From Desulfobacterales bacterium (GTDB lineage: Bacteria > Desulfobacterota > Desulfobacteria > Desulfobacterales > UBA2174): a stretch of 64,000 nucleotides of DNA. Shown here piece by piece: positions 10,633-19,851 of this stretch (the first letter of the stretch is position 1; every line of letters starts with the position of its first letter). The DNA is taken from NCBI GenBank assembly GCA_963668645.2, contig CAXXWC010000001.1, forward strand, positions 160,001 through 224,000. Reading direction: 5' to 3'. The translations under genes and the position numbers were made by a program. The notes under the pieces were generated by a model, which was not told the DNA's origin, did not search any database, and worked only from the letters and a program-made list of their open reading frames with translations.

Positions 10633-10965
10633 TCAGATCTTGATGTCCAGGCCAGCGAGGATATCGTCCAGGGTATCCATGATCCAGCCGCGCTGCCGGC
10701 TGTCGGCGTAGCCCATGCAATCGCAACGCATCCGCTGCCGGGTACGGATCAGCAGTTCGCAAACCAGACGTTCCTCGCAAAGCTCCAAAGCGACGCAAAG
10801 CGGGTGGCAGTCCTGGTGCGCGGCCTGCAACGGGTTGAGCCGTTCACCATCCAGGGGCAGCCAATAAATTCCGCCCAGATCCGGCGCCCCGAAGCGCGCC
10901 TCCAGTTCGGCCTGCAACCGCACCCGGTCTTCAGGCTGGATCTGATCGATGACGTATTGTTTCAT
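10633..10965 (-). CDS. Small hypothetical protein with Cys/His motifs
   Basis: MKQYVIDQI... with HQDCHP and RCDC; abuts plsC in operon-like spacing. Confidence 0.75.
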   Translation of the reverse strand: MKQYVIDQIQPEDRVRLQAELEARFGAPDLGGIYWLPLDGERLNPLQAAHQDCHPLCVALELCEERLVCELLIRTRQRMRCDCMGYADSRQRGWIMDTLDDILAGLDIKI

Positions 10966-11011
10966 AAGAATCTGAATTATCAAATTGTTTTGTATAGAGC
11001 AAGGCGCAGCG

Positions 11012-11047
11012 AAAAAAAATCCCCCGCCGGGCGGGCCGGCGGGGGAT
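11012..11047 (-). terminator. Intrinsic terminator downstream of ferredoxin
   Basis: Minus strand: ATCCCCCGCCGG-cccgc-CCGGCGGGGGAT followed by a T tract. Confidence 0.85.
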
Positions 11048-11073
11048 ATCGCAATCCTGTCAGACGAAGATCA

Positions 11074-11262
11074 TCAAGTCTCTTCGACGGTGATGGCGTC
11101 CGCTTCGCACACCTCGACGCAACTCTCACAGCCCAGGCACTCTTCGGCATTCACCGGAACACTCTTGCCGTCTTGCATTTCGAACACTTCCACCGGGCAC
11201 ACGTCGACACATTCTTCACAGCCCTGGCATTTTTCTTCGTCAACGATGGGATTAAAAGCCAT
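11074..11262 (-). CDS. fdx: 2x[4Fe-4S] ferredoxin (62 aa)
   Basis: CQGCEECVDVCP and CLGCESCVEVCE; acidic; AAGGAG RBS. Confidence 0.95.
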   Translation of the reverse strand: MAFNPIVDEEKCQGCEECVDVCPVEVFEMQDGKSVPVNAEECLGCESCVEVCEADAITVEET

Positions 11263-11332
11263 TTTGCACTCCTTTCAACGCAGTGATTTAAGGGATAATC
11301 GAAAAGCGGCTTCATCTCTACCGGGCAAAGTC

Positions 11333-11360
11333 CTTATACCATCATGCGCCAATGCGTCAA
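11333..11360 (-). promoter_or_regulatory. Putative sigma70 promoter of ferredoxin
   Basis: Minus strand TTGACG-N16-TATAAG with TG at the extended -10 position and AT-rich DNA upstream. Confidence 0.45.
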
Positions 11361-11431
11361 GCCTTGACCTCTTTTTTTAGCGCCATCCCAACCATTTGTT
11401 TTTATTTGAATAAAATAGACAGAAAGCCCGC

Positions 11432-12364
11432 TCAGGCCAAGGGTCCGACAATCAGCAGATCGCCGGTGGGGCCGGCGGCCGGCTCCACCGGCGATCCGTC
11501 GACCAATCCATGGCAAAAATCCGCAAAAGAGATATCCAGCGCCGAGACCTGAAGCGACGATCCGCTCGCGGCTTCGGGGGATCGGGCCGGGGCCTTTGCG
11601 TTCAAGGCGTCCTGGATCGCGGCATAGAAGCTATCGGCCCAGTGGCGGTCCGGGCCCGCCATTCCGTCCGCCGGCCAGTTGAAAACCGGCCTCATGGCCG
11701 GAAAAACGTCGCGCACCGCCTCGAAAACGGCGGCGCTGTCGGTGACCAGGACCTCCGGTGCCACGGCCAGTGTCAGGGCCAAACGGGCCCAGGCGCCCAG
11801 ACGATGACCGGTCAGAAAGGACCCGGGATCCTCTCCGGCCGGTTGCGCCGATGCGGCCTGCCCGGCCTCTGCCGCCTGGCCATGCAGCTGGCGCATCATT
11901 TCCTTTTCCATGGCCGCCAGGGCCTGCCAGGTCCCGGCCAGTTCGGACCGCTCGCGGTCCAGTCCATGAGCGAAACTGAGAAAAACCCGGGCTGCCAGCA
12001 ACGGATCCTGCCCGGCCTGCGGCGGCCGCCCTCCGGCACGGCCGCGGATGTCCTGGCGCAACCGGCTGATTTCAGGGGTGGCGAAAAATGGCGCCTCCTC
12101 GGGCCGGGATGCCAGCAGGGCCGTCAGATCGCTCCCGGCATGCACCGTGGCCCATTGCCGCATCTGGGCCTCGATCCGTCGAAGCGCCGCCTCATCGTTC
12201 TGGTGCGGATACAATACCCGCCACGGATCGGCATCGACCCCCGGGGCCAGGCAATCCTTTTCCTGGTCCGCCGACGGCACCAGCAGGCAGATGGTTTCAA
12301 AGGCCGCGGTGAGCCACCCGGTCGCCGGACGTACGAAGGTAAAGGGAAAATAGAGGGCAATCAT
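11432..12364 (-). CDS. Hypothetical protein downstream of the cysK-cysS fusion
   Basis: Protein-like ORF from MIALYFPFT; the longer ORF-track start overlaps the upstream gene. Confidence 0.75.
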   Translation of the reverse strand: MIALYFPFTFVRPATGWLTAAFETICLLVPSADQEKDCLAPGVDADPWRVLYPHQNDEAALRRIEAQMRQWATVHAGSDLTALLASRPEEAPFFATPEISRLRQDIRGRAGGRPPQAGQDPLLAARVFLSFAHGLDRERSELAGTWQALAAMEKEMMRQLHGQAAEAGQAASAQPAGEDPGSFLTGHRLGAWARLALTLAVAPEVLVTDSAAVFEAVRDVFPAMRPVFNWPADGMAGPDRHWADSFYAAIQDALNAKAPARSPEAASGSSLQVSALDISFADFCHGLVDGSPVEPAAGPTGDLLIVGPLA

Positions 12365-12441
12365 AAAAGGTTCGCCATTTCTCCGTTGGGTAAGGGCCGA
12401 TGGGGCCGGGCGCATCGTAGCGATCCATCGGCGCGCAGGGT

Positions 12442-14733
12442 TTATGGCTTTGCGGGGGCCTTGCCGTCTCGCACCACCACTCCCCGCTGGGCCAGGGTTT
12501 CCCGCAGGCTGTCGGCCAAGGCCCAATCACGCGCCGCCCGGGCCGTCTCCCGGGCCGCCAGGAGCTGCTGCACCTCGGGATCATCCATGGCATCCTGAAA
12601 GTCAAAGACCCGAATGACCCGGTCGATGGATCGGAAGGCCTCTATGATCCGCGCCGCGGCGGCCCGGTCGATCCGGCCTGAATTGAGCAGCGTATTGACG
12701 CGTTTGATGATCTGAAAAACAGCGGCCAGGGCCCCGGAAATGTTCAGATCATCGTCCATGGCGGCGCTGAATCCGCTCTTGAGGTCGTAAAGCAGTTGAT
12801 CCAGATCCGTGCCGGTCGAGACGAGTGCCGGGGCCTGGCGCAGGTTGCCGACAAAGACGTCCAGCCGCGCCAGGGCCCGCCGCACGTCATGCAACCGCTG
12901 GGTCGAAAGGACGAGCGGTTTGCGATAATGTCCCCACAGCAGCCAGAAACGCAGCTCGCGGCCGGTAAAGCCCCGGTTGATCAGGGCTTCGAGGGTCAGC
13001 GGACCTTCATGGGCCTCGGCCTGCTTGCCGTCCACCGTCACCGGATCGCAATGGACCCAGAAGCGTGCCGGCGGCTTGCCGGTAAGCGCCGTTGCGATGG
13101 CCATGATGTTTTCGTGGTGGGGAAAGATCAGCTCGCGGCCGCTGGTGTGGATGTCATAGCCTTCTGCAAAATGCGCTTCGGCCATCGCGGCGCATTGCAG
13201 ATGCCAGCTCGGGCGTACGTTGCCCCACTCGCTCTTGATGAAAATTCCCCGTTTCAGTTCGGAAAGGCGGGCCCTTTTGAGCAGGGTGAAATCGCGCGGG
13301 TTATCCTTTTCATATTCGTCCAGATCCACGGTGGCTCCCAGCCGGATCTTGTTCAGATCGATTCCCGAAAGCTGCCCGTAGTTGTCCAGCCGTGAAATGT
13401 CGAAGTAAAGCGAGCGCAGCTTCTCATAGGCGAATCCCTTGCGGGCCAGGCGTTCGGCCATGGAGAGCATCGGCTCGATATACGCCGAGGCGCGTGGATA
13501 CGCCGCCGCCGGGTGCACCTGCAAAAGGGCCAGGTCGGCCATGAAGCCCTCGATATGCGCTTGGGTAAACTCATCCAGGGGTTTGCCGGCCCGCTCCGAA
13601 CCGCCGATGGTCTTGTCGTCGTAGTCGGTGATGTTCATCACCTGACGCACCTCGAAACCGCGATAGGCGAGGTAGCGGCAGAGCAGATCGGCCACCACGA
13701 AACGCCGGTATTCGCCCAGGTGCGGCCGGGCATGGGCCGTGGGCCCGCAGGTATAGACCGACGCCCTGTCGGCCTGGCGCGGCACGAAGGTTTCCTTGGT
13801 CCGGGTCAGGGTGTTGAACAATTGGAGCCCCACCGTGATCCGTTCGGTGAACAGGGAGGTGGACAGGTAGCGTTCACCGCTGTCGGGCAAAATCACCACG
13901 ATGGTCCCGGACGGGATGCGCCGGGCCAGGTCCACCGCCACCGCCATGGCGGCCCCGCTGCTCATGCCCACCAACAGCCCTTCCTCGCGGGCCAGTCGCC
14001 GGGCCATCTCGAAGGCGTCCTCATCGTCGATGTTGATCTTCTCATCCAGCCGGTGCTTTTCGAAGATTTCGGGCCGGTAGGCCTCCTTCATGTTCTTGAG
14101 CCCCTGGATCTTGTGTCCCAGGTAAGGCTCGACACCCACGATCTGCACCTCGGGGTTGTATTCCTTCAAACGGCGGCTGATGCCCATCAGTGTACCGCTG
14201 GTGCCGATGGTGGCCACCACGTGGGTCACCCGGCCCCCGGTCTGGTCCCAGATCTCCGGAGCGGTCCCCTCGTAGTGGGCCTGCCAGTTGGCCGGATTGT
14301 TGTACTGATCGGCCATGAAGTAGCGCTGCGGATCTTCGCGCACCAGGCGGTAGACCTCTTCGATGGCCCCGTCTGTGCCCAGATGCCCCGGGGTGAGAAG
14401 AATTTTCGCGCCGCGCGCCTCGAGGATCTTGCGCCGCTCGACACTGACCGCTTCACTCATGGCCAGCAGCAGCGGATAGCCTTTGACGGCGCATACCATG
14501 GCCAGACCGATCCCGGTGTTGCCGCTGGTGGCTTCGATCACGGATTGCTGGGCTCCGAGTTTGCCGCTGGCCTCGCCGTCCCGGATGATGGCCAGGGCCG
14601 CGCGATCCTTGATCGATCCGCCTGGGTTCATGTACTCCAGTTTGGCCAGCAGCTTCACCCGCGGGTTGGGATTGAGCCGGTCGATGGCGACCAGCGGCGT
14701 GTTGCCGATGCTGTCGAGAATCGAAAATCCCAT
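12442..14733 (-). CDS. Fusion: PLP cysteine synthase (CysK/CysM family, aa ~1-297) + cysteinyl-tRNA synthetase-like domain with degenerate ATP motifs
   Basis: NPGGSIKDR, EATSGNTG, GTSGT, PDSGERYLS; then FNTLTRTKE, TCGPT, NITDYDDK, RPSWHLQC, FPHHEN, MDDDLN, RDWALADSLR. Confidence 0.95.
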   Translation of the reverse strand: MGFSILDSIGNTPLVAIDRLNPNPRVKLLAKLEYMNPGGSIKDRAALAIIRDGEASGKLGAQQSVIEATSGNTGIGLAMVCAVKGYPLLLAMSEAVSVERRKILEARGAKILLTPGHLGTDGAIEEVYRLVREDPQRYFMADQYNNPANWQAHYEGTAPEIWDQTGGRVTHVVATIGTSGTLMGISRRLKEYNPEVQIVGVEPYLGHKIQGLKNMKEAYRPEIFEKHRLDEKINIDDEDAFEMARRLAREEGLLVGMSSGAAMAVAVDLARRIPSGTIVVILPDSGERYLSTSLFTERITVGLQLFNTLTRTKETFVPRQADRASVYTCGPTAHARPHLGEYRRFVVADLLCRYLAYRGFEVRQVMNITDYDDKTIGGSERAGKPLDEFTQAHIEGFMADLALLQVHPAAAYPRASAYIEPMLSMAERLARKGFAYEKLRSLYFDISRLDNYGQLSGIDLNKIRLGATVDLDEYEKDNPRDFTLLKRARLSELKRGIFIKSEWGNVRPSWHLQCAAMAEAHFAEGYDIHTSGRELIFPHHENIMAIATALTGKPPARFWVHCDPVTVDGKQAEAHEGPLTLEALINRGFTGRELRFWLLWGHYRKPLVLSTQRLHDVRRALARLDVFVGNLRQAPALVSTGTDLDQLLYDLKSGFSAAMDDDLNISGALAAVFQIIKRVNTLLNSGRIDRAAAARIIEAFRSIDRVIRVFDFQDAMDDPEVQQLLAARETARAARDWALADSLRETLAQRGVVVRDGKAPAKP

Positions 14734-14736
14734 GGT

Positions 14737-15399
14737 TCAGCCGTTCTTCGTGCCGTGGCCCGGCACGCTTGGGAAAAGAGGCGCCAGGGCGTCGAGAATG
14801 TCACGCCCCACGGCCTCGGGGGTCTGGCGGCCGTCGATGATGCGAAAGCGCTCGGGCTCGGCGGATGCCAGGGCCAGGTACCCGTCGCGCACCCGCCGAT
14901 GAAAAGAGAGCGCTTCGCGCTCGAAGCGGGTTTCGTCCGCTCGGCGCGCCCCCCGGTCCACTGCGCTCCAGGCCCGCGCCAGACCGACTTCGGCCGGCAC
15001 GTCGATGAGCACGGTCAGGTCGGGCGTCAAATCCCCGAGCACCAGCCGGTGGATGGCGGCGATGTTTTGATGCGCCAGCCCCCGGGCCACTCCCTGATAG
15101 ACCGTGGTGGCGTCGGCAAAGCGGTCGCAGATCACCGCCTGTCCGGCCGCCAGGGCGGGCCGGATCACCTCCCGCACATGCTGGACCCGATCGGCCACGT
15201 AAAGGAGCAACTCGGCGTTGGGATCGATATCCACGTTGGCCGGATCGAGCAGCAGGCGCCGGATCTGCCCCCCGAGACGCGTTCCTCCCGGCTCCCGGGT
15301 GACGACGCACTGCCGGCCCCGGGCCCGCACGAAACGCGCCAGCGTATCGATTTGGCTGGTTTTGCCGGATCCTTCGATGCCTTCCAGGGTGATGAACAT
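14737..15399 (-). CDS. tmk: Thymidylate kinase
   Basis: FITLEGIEGSGKTSQ, TREPGGT, ICDRFADAT..YQG. Confidence 0.97.
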   Translation of the reverse strand: MFITLEGIEGSGKTSQIDTLARFVRARGRQCVVTREPGGTRLGGQIRRLLLDPANVDIDPNAELLLYVADRVQHVREVIRPALAAGQAVICDRFADATTVYQGVARGLAHQNIAAIHRLVLGDLTPDLTVLIDVPAEVGLARAWSAVDRGARRADETRFEREALSFHRRVRDGYLALASAEPERFRIIDGRQTPEAVGRDILDALAPLFPSVPGHGTKNG

Positions 15400-15436
15400 G
15401 ACTGTGGACGGCCGCTCTTCGAACAGATGTTAAAGG

Positions 15437-16198
15437 TTAATCGGCGTCGATCTGCCAACCGCGAAGCTGATCGAAAAGATCGTCGTCGGTCATGTCGCAT
15501 TTGAGCGGCGTTATGGAGATAAACCGCTTCGAGAGCACCTGCCCGTCTGCCTCAGGCTCCCCGTCAAAATGCTGGGCATCGGTGCCGGACCAGAAATAGG
15601 GCCTGCTGCGCGGGTCGCGGCGCTTCTCATAATAATCGGCCAGCCCGCCAAGCCCCTGCCGGCTGATCTTGATCCCGGCGATCTCGGCCAGGGGCAGATC
15701 CGGCAGGTTGACATTGAGCAGGGAGCCGCGCGGCAGCCCGTGGTGTTGAATCTCGGCGGCCATCCGAAGGGCGAAACCGGCCGCGCTGTCCAGATGGCGG
15801 CACTCCGGTCCCTGCAGCGAGACCGCCAGGGCCGGGACCCCGCACAGGGCGGCTTCTTTGGCGGCCGCCACGGTTCCCGAGTAGTTGACGTTGACGCCGA
15901 CGTTGGCCCCGGGATTGATTCCCGAAACGACCAGGTCCGGCCTCTGTTCCAGGACCTCGATGAGGGCGAACTTGACGCAGTCGGCCGGCGTACCGTTGAG
16001 CGCCACGGCCTTTTGGCCGCCGTTGACGGTCACCGTAGCGGCGCGCAGGGGCCGGCTGAGGGTAATGGCATGGCCCACGGCGCTGCGCTCGCGGTCCGGG
16101 GCCACCACCGTCACCTCGTGAACGGTGCTCAGCCGCCGGTAAAGGGCCCACAGGCCGGGGGCGTGGACACCGTCGTCATTGGTCAACAAAATTTTCAT
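15437..16198 (-). CDS. surE: 5'/3'-nucleotidase SurE
   Basis: MKILLTNDDG, GTPADCV, SGINPGANVG, YSGTVAAA. Confidence 0.97.
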   Translation of the reverse strand: MKILLTNDDGVHAPGLWALYRRLSTVHEVTVVAPDRERSAVGHAITLSRPLRAATVTVNGGQKAVALNGTPADCVKFALIEVLEQRPDLVVSGINPGANVGVNVNYSGTVAAAKEAALCGVPALAVSLQGPECRHLDSAAGFALRMAAEIQHHGLPRGSLLNVNLPDLPLAEIAGIKISRQGLGGLADYYEKRRDPRSRPYFWSGTDAQHFDGEPEADGQVLSKRFISITPLKCDMTDDDLFDQLRGWQIDAD

Positions 16199-16478
16199 GA
16201 TCGATCACATTCTCCGGCAATCCTGAAAAACAGCGGGCATCGCTCCGTGGGCCTATCCATAACCCAACCGGTGGCCTTTGAAAAGGGGGATGGGGCGGAC
16301 CGGCTTTTCGAGATACTTGCTTTTGTCCGCCTTCGAATTGTATAGGGGCCTTGTCGAAAGGTCGCGCCACCCCAGACCGTTTTCGGATACGATCCCCTTT
16401 GCAGGCGGAATGACAGTGACGGATGCTTATCCAGCGAATCGAGGTTGCTATGAGGATCAGAGGGCAGGTGGGGCTGTG

Positions 16479-18821
16479 ATGGCCCGATCAGGCACCCTGA
16501 CCGCCGCCGGTTTCGGCGTCCTGACAGGCCGTGCGGCCGGCCTGGTGATTTTTATCGCGACGGTCTTCGCCGTTTTGGTTGCCAGCGGTCTGGCGGCCGG
16601 AGCCGAGAGCCCGTCGCCGCCCTGGCACATCACTGCCGACCGGTTGGAACATGACCACCTGGCGGATCGCTACCTGGCGGTGGGCAATGTGGTCATCAGC
16701 CGCCAAGCGATCCAGCTCAGCGCCGATCGCGTTTTGCTGGACCGCAAGGCCATGCAAGTTGAAGCCGAAGGCCATGTGATGGCCACCTTTCAAAACGACG
16801 TCATTACCGGCCAGCGACTGACCATGGACCTGGCGGCCGAAACCGGGACGATCTATAAGGGAACGATCTTCCTGTCCGAAAACCATTTTTACATCCGCGG
16901 CGACCGCATCGAAAAACTCGGGCCGGCCACCTATCAGGCCGATCCGGTGGAGGTGACCACCTGCGACGGCCCGAATCCGGACTGGCGCATCACCGGGCGC
17001 CGCCTGGACGTAACGGTGGAAGGTTACGGCAAGTTGGACCATGCCACCTTCTGGGCCCGCCGCCTGCCCCTGGTCTATACCCCGAAGCTGGTCTTTCCGG
17101 CCAAACGCCAGCGACAAACCGGGTTCCTCCCACCCCAGATCGGCCTTTCGGACCGTCTCGGCGAGGATCTGACCCAGCCGTTCTACTGGGCCATCGACGA
17201 GGATCAAGACGCCACCTTCTACCTGCGCCATCTGGGAAAGCGGGGGGAGATGCTCGGTGCCGAATACCGCTATGTCCTGGGTGAAGGCTCCCGCGGGACC
17301 CTGATGGCCGATTTTCTGGAAGACCGGCGCGTCGACGACGGCACGGCCGCCAGCGACAACTGGGCTTACAGTGAAACCCCGACCCGCAGCAACAGCGACC
17401 GCTACTGGCTGCGCGGGCGCATCGACCAGGATCTTCCCGGCCAATTCAAGGCCAAACTCGATCTGGACATCGTCAGCGACGCGGATTACCTGCGCGAGTT
17501 CAGCAGCGGGCTCAACGGATTTGCCGCCACCGACCGGGTCTTTGCCGCCACTTTCGGCCGCGAGCTGGATGAACTGGAAGACACGGTGCGCGCCAACCGG
17601 CTCAACATCAGCCGCACCTGGGACCAGTACAGCCTGAACATGGACACCCAGTGGCTCGACGATCTCATCGGCCGCCGTCAAAAAGGGGTCAACGAGGTTC
17701 TCCAGCAGCTTCAAAGCGTGACCTTCGACGCGGTGCGCCAGCCGCTGACCGCCACCCCCTTCTACTTCGATCTAGCCAGCGAGTATCGTTATTTCTATCT
17801 GGAAAACAGCCGCCGGGCCCAGCGCCTCGATATTTATCCGCGCACCTACTGGCCGCTGCGGGCAGGACGCTTTCTGGGCATCGAGCCTTCCGTGGGTCTG
17901 CGGGAAACCGTCTGGTATGTGGAGAAAGACAACCTGGGGGACGAATCGCTCAACGAACCGCTGGCGCGCGAGATGATCGACTTCAAACTGGATGCCAGCA
18001 GCGAGGTCTCCCGCGTCTACTACCCGGCCCTATGGGGCATCGAAGCCTTGAAACACAGCATCCGGCCGCAGCTGGTCTACCAGTATGTGCCGCCGGTCGA
18101 ACAGGAACGGTATCCGAGTTTCGACACCCTCGACCGGCTGGATGAGGTCAACCTCATCACCGGGACCCTGACCCAGACCTTTACCTCCCGGGCCCGCCCC
18201 GCGCAAAGCCGCGCTTCGCGAACCGGAAATGACCCGCAGGCTGAAGCGGCGCCCATCTACCGCGAAATCGGCTACCTGGAGATCTCCGGCGGCTACGACA
18301 TCCTCGAGGCGCGGCGGGGCAATCCGGAGCTGAATACGGATCCAGACCGGCGCCAACCTTTGACGCCCATCAGCGTGGAAGCTGAATTTTCCCCTTCCGA
18401 TGCCCTGCGCCTGACCGCCGACGCCAGCCGCTCTCCGTATAGCGGCCATTGTGAAACGCACAATATAGCCTTACAATTGGCCGATTCACGGAATGACGAA
18501 CTCTATGTCGAGCACCGCTACACTTACGAGAGCAACGAATCGCTTTTTACCCAGCTCCTGGTGCCCTTGACCGAAAGTCTGACCACTTACGGCGAATGGG
18601 AGCGCAACCTGAAAGACGACCGCCAACTTGAAGTCAGTGCCGGGCTGCTTTACACCACCCAGTGCTGGGCCCTGGATCTGGGCTATACCAAGGAATACGG
18701 CAGCGGCAAGAGCCTGGCCTTTATGATCCACCTCTACGGCCTGGGAGGGCTGGGCCAGGAAAGCGTCATAAAACGGCGCATAACCGATCCTTTCGAGTGG
18801 CGCGATAGCCGGCTGGATTGA
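16479..18821 (+). CDS. lptD: LPS assembly protein LptD (start uncertain)
   Basis: OstA-like N-terminus (ITADRL..GNVVI), TTCDGPNPDW, KRQRQTGFLPP, PFYWAI, C-terminal beta-barrel with QCW. Confidence 0.88.
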   Translation: MARSGTLTAAGFGVLTGRAAGLVIFIATVFAVLVASGLAAGAESPSPPWHITADRLEHDHLADRYLAVGNVVISRQAIQLSADRVLLDRKAMQVEAEGHVMATFQNDVITGQRLTMDLAAETGTIYKGTIFLSENHFYIRGDRIEKLGPATYQADPVEVTTCDGPNPDWRITGRRLDVTVEGYGKLDHATFWARRLPLVYTPKLVFPAKRQRQTGFLPPQIGLSDRLGEDLTQPFYWAIDEDQDATFYLRHLGKRGEMLGAEYRYVLGEGSRGTLMADFLEDRRVDDGTAASDNWAYSETPTRSNSDRYWLRGRIDQDLPGQFKAKLDLDIVSDADYLREFSSGLNGFAATDRVFAATFGRELDELEDTVRANRLNISRTWDQYSLNMDTQWLDDLIGRRQKGVNEVLQQLQSVTFDAVRQPLTATPFYFDLASEYRYFYLENSRRAQRLDIYPRTYWPLRAGRFLGIEPSVGLRETVWYVEKDNLGDESLNEPLAREMIDFKLDASSEVSRVYYPALWGIEALKHSIRPQLVYQYVPPVEQERYPSFDTLDRLDEVNLITGTLTQTFTSRARPAQSRASRTGNDPQAEAAPIYREIGYLEISGGYDILEARRGNPELNTDPDRRQPLTPISVEAEFSPSDALRLTADASRSPYSGHCETHNIALQLADSRNDELYVEHRYTYESNESLFTQLLVPLTESLTTYGEWERNLKDDRQLEVSAGLLYTTQCWALDLGYTKEYGSGKSLAFMIHLYGLGGLGQESVIKRRITDPFEWRDSRLD

Positions 18822-18853
18822 TCCACCCGGCTATCGCCGAGATATGACCATCG

Positions 18854-19393
18854 ATGGTTGAAGACCAATTCATATACCGCTGGTATGTCCTGCATACCCG
18901 CAGCCGTTTTGAAAATGTGGTCCACGAAGGGCTGCTTAAAAAGAGCTTCGATGTTTTTTTGCCCCGCGTCCAGGTGCGCAGCAAGCGCCGGGACCGCCGG
19001 CAGCTGATTCATGTTCCCCTTTTCCCCGGATACATCTTCGTCAACAGCGACCTTAATCCGTACCGTCAGTTGGAGATCGTCAAGACCGCAGGCGTGGTAC
19101 GCTTGGTGGGCAACACCCACGGCCCTTTGCCCGTGGATGAGCAGACCGTCGCCTCGCTGAAGATCATGGTTCAAAGCGAGCAGGAAATCCGCACCGGCCG
19201 CCGCCTGAGCCGGGGCGAAGAGGTTATGGTGGCGGCCGGTCCTCTGGCCGGTGTGGTGGGCACTTTCGTGCGCTACCGGGGCCAGGACCGGGTCGTGGTC
19301 CACATTCAGGCCCTCGGCCAATATGCCGCGGTCGAAGTGGACACCGCCGATGTGGAGCCGGTTTCACGTTTGCACCGCCTCAATCCCGGCTAA
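18854..19393 (+). CDS. Specialised NusG paralog (UpxY/LoaP/RfaH-like antiterminator)
   Basis: WYVLHTRSRFE, PLFPGYIFV NGN domain, KOW motif GEEVMVAAGPLAG. Confidence 0.88.
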   Translation: MVEDQFIYRWYVLHTRSRFENVVHEGLLKKSFDVFLPRVQVRSKRRDRRQLIHVPLFPGYIFVNSDLNPYRQLEIVKTAGVVRLVGNTHGPLPVDEQTVASLKIMVQSEQEIRTGRRLSRGEEVMVAAGPLAGVVGTFVRYRGQDRVVVHIQALGQYAAVEVDTADVEPVSRLHRLNPG

Positions 19394-19537
19394 AATCAGG
19401 AGGCCCCATAACTCCTTGACTTTTTACCCGCTTTCCTTTAGGAAGAAGCCCAAACATCGGTCGTACCCGCAAACGGCTTGGCGCCCCTCCGGACGCCAGA
19501 GGCATAAACCGGGTTGCGAATGTCACAAGGAGGTTCG

Positions 19538-19834
19538 ATGAACAAGTTGGAACTGATCTCCGCCTTGAAAACCGAGGCCAAAGTTTCCAAAGCCGAGGCA
19601 GCCAGGGTGGTTCAAATTTTTTTCGACCGCATGGCCGACGCCCTGGCAGACGGTGAGCGGGTCGAGATTCGGGGGCTGTGCAGCTTCTTCGTAAAGGAGT
19701 ATAAAAGCTATACCGGCCGCAATCCCAAAACGGGTGAAAAAGTGCTCATCCACCCCAAAAGACTCCCATTCTTCAAATCCGGCAAGGAACTTAAAGAACG
19801 CGTCGACCTCCTCGATCCGTCGGATAGCGCCTGA
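19538..19834 (+). CDS. IHF/HU family DNA-binding protein (IHF-beta-like)
   Basis: MNKLELI, GERVEIRGLCSF, GRNPKTGE, PFFKSGKELKERV; AAGGAGG RBS. Confidence 0.93.
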   Translation: MNKLELISALKTEAKVSKAEAARVVQIFFDRMADALADGERVEIRGLCSFFVKEYKSYTGRNPKTGEKVLIHPKRLPFFKSGKELKERVDLLDPSDSA

Positions 19835-19851
19835 TTGACACCGAGCCGAAC

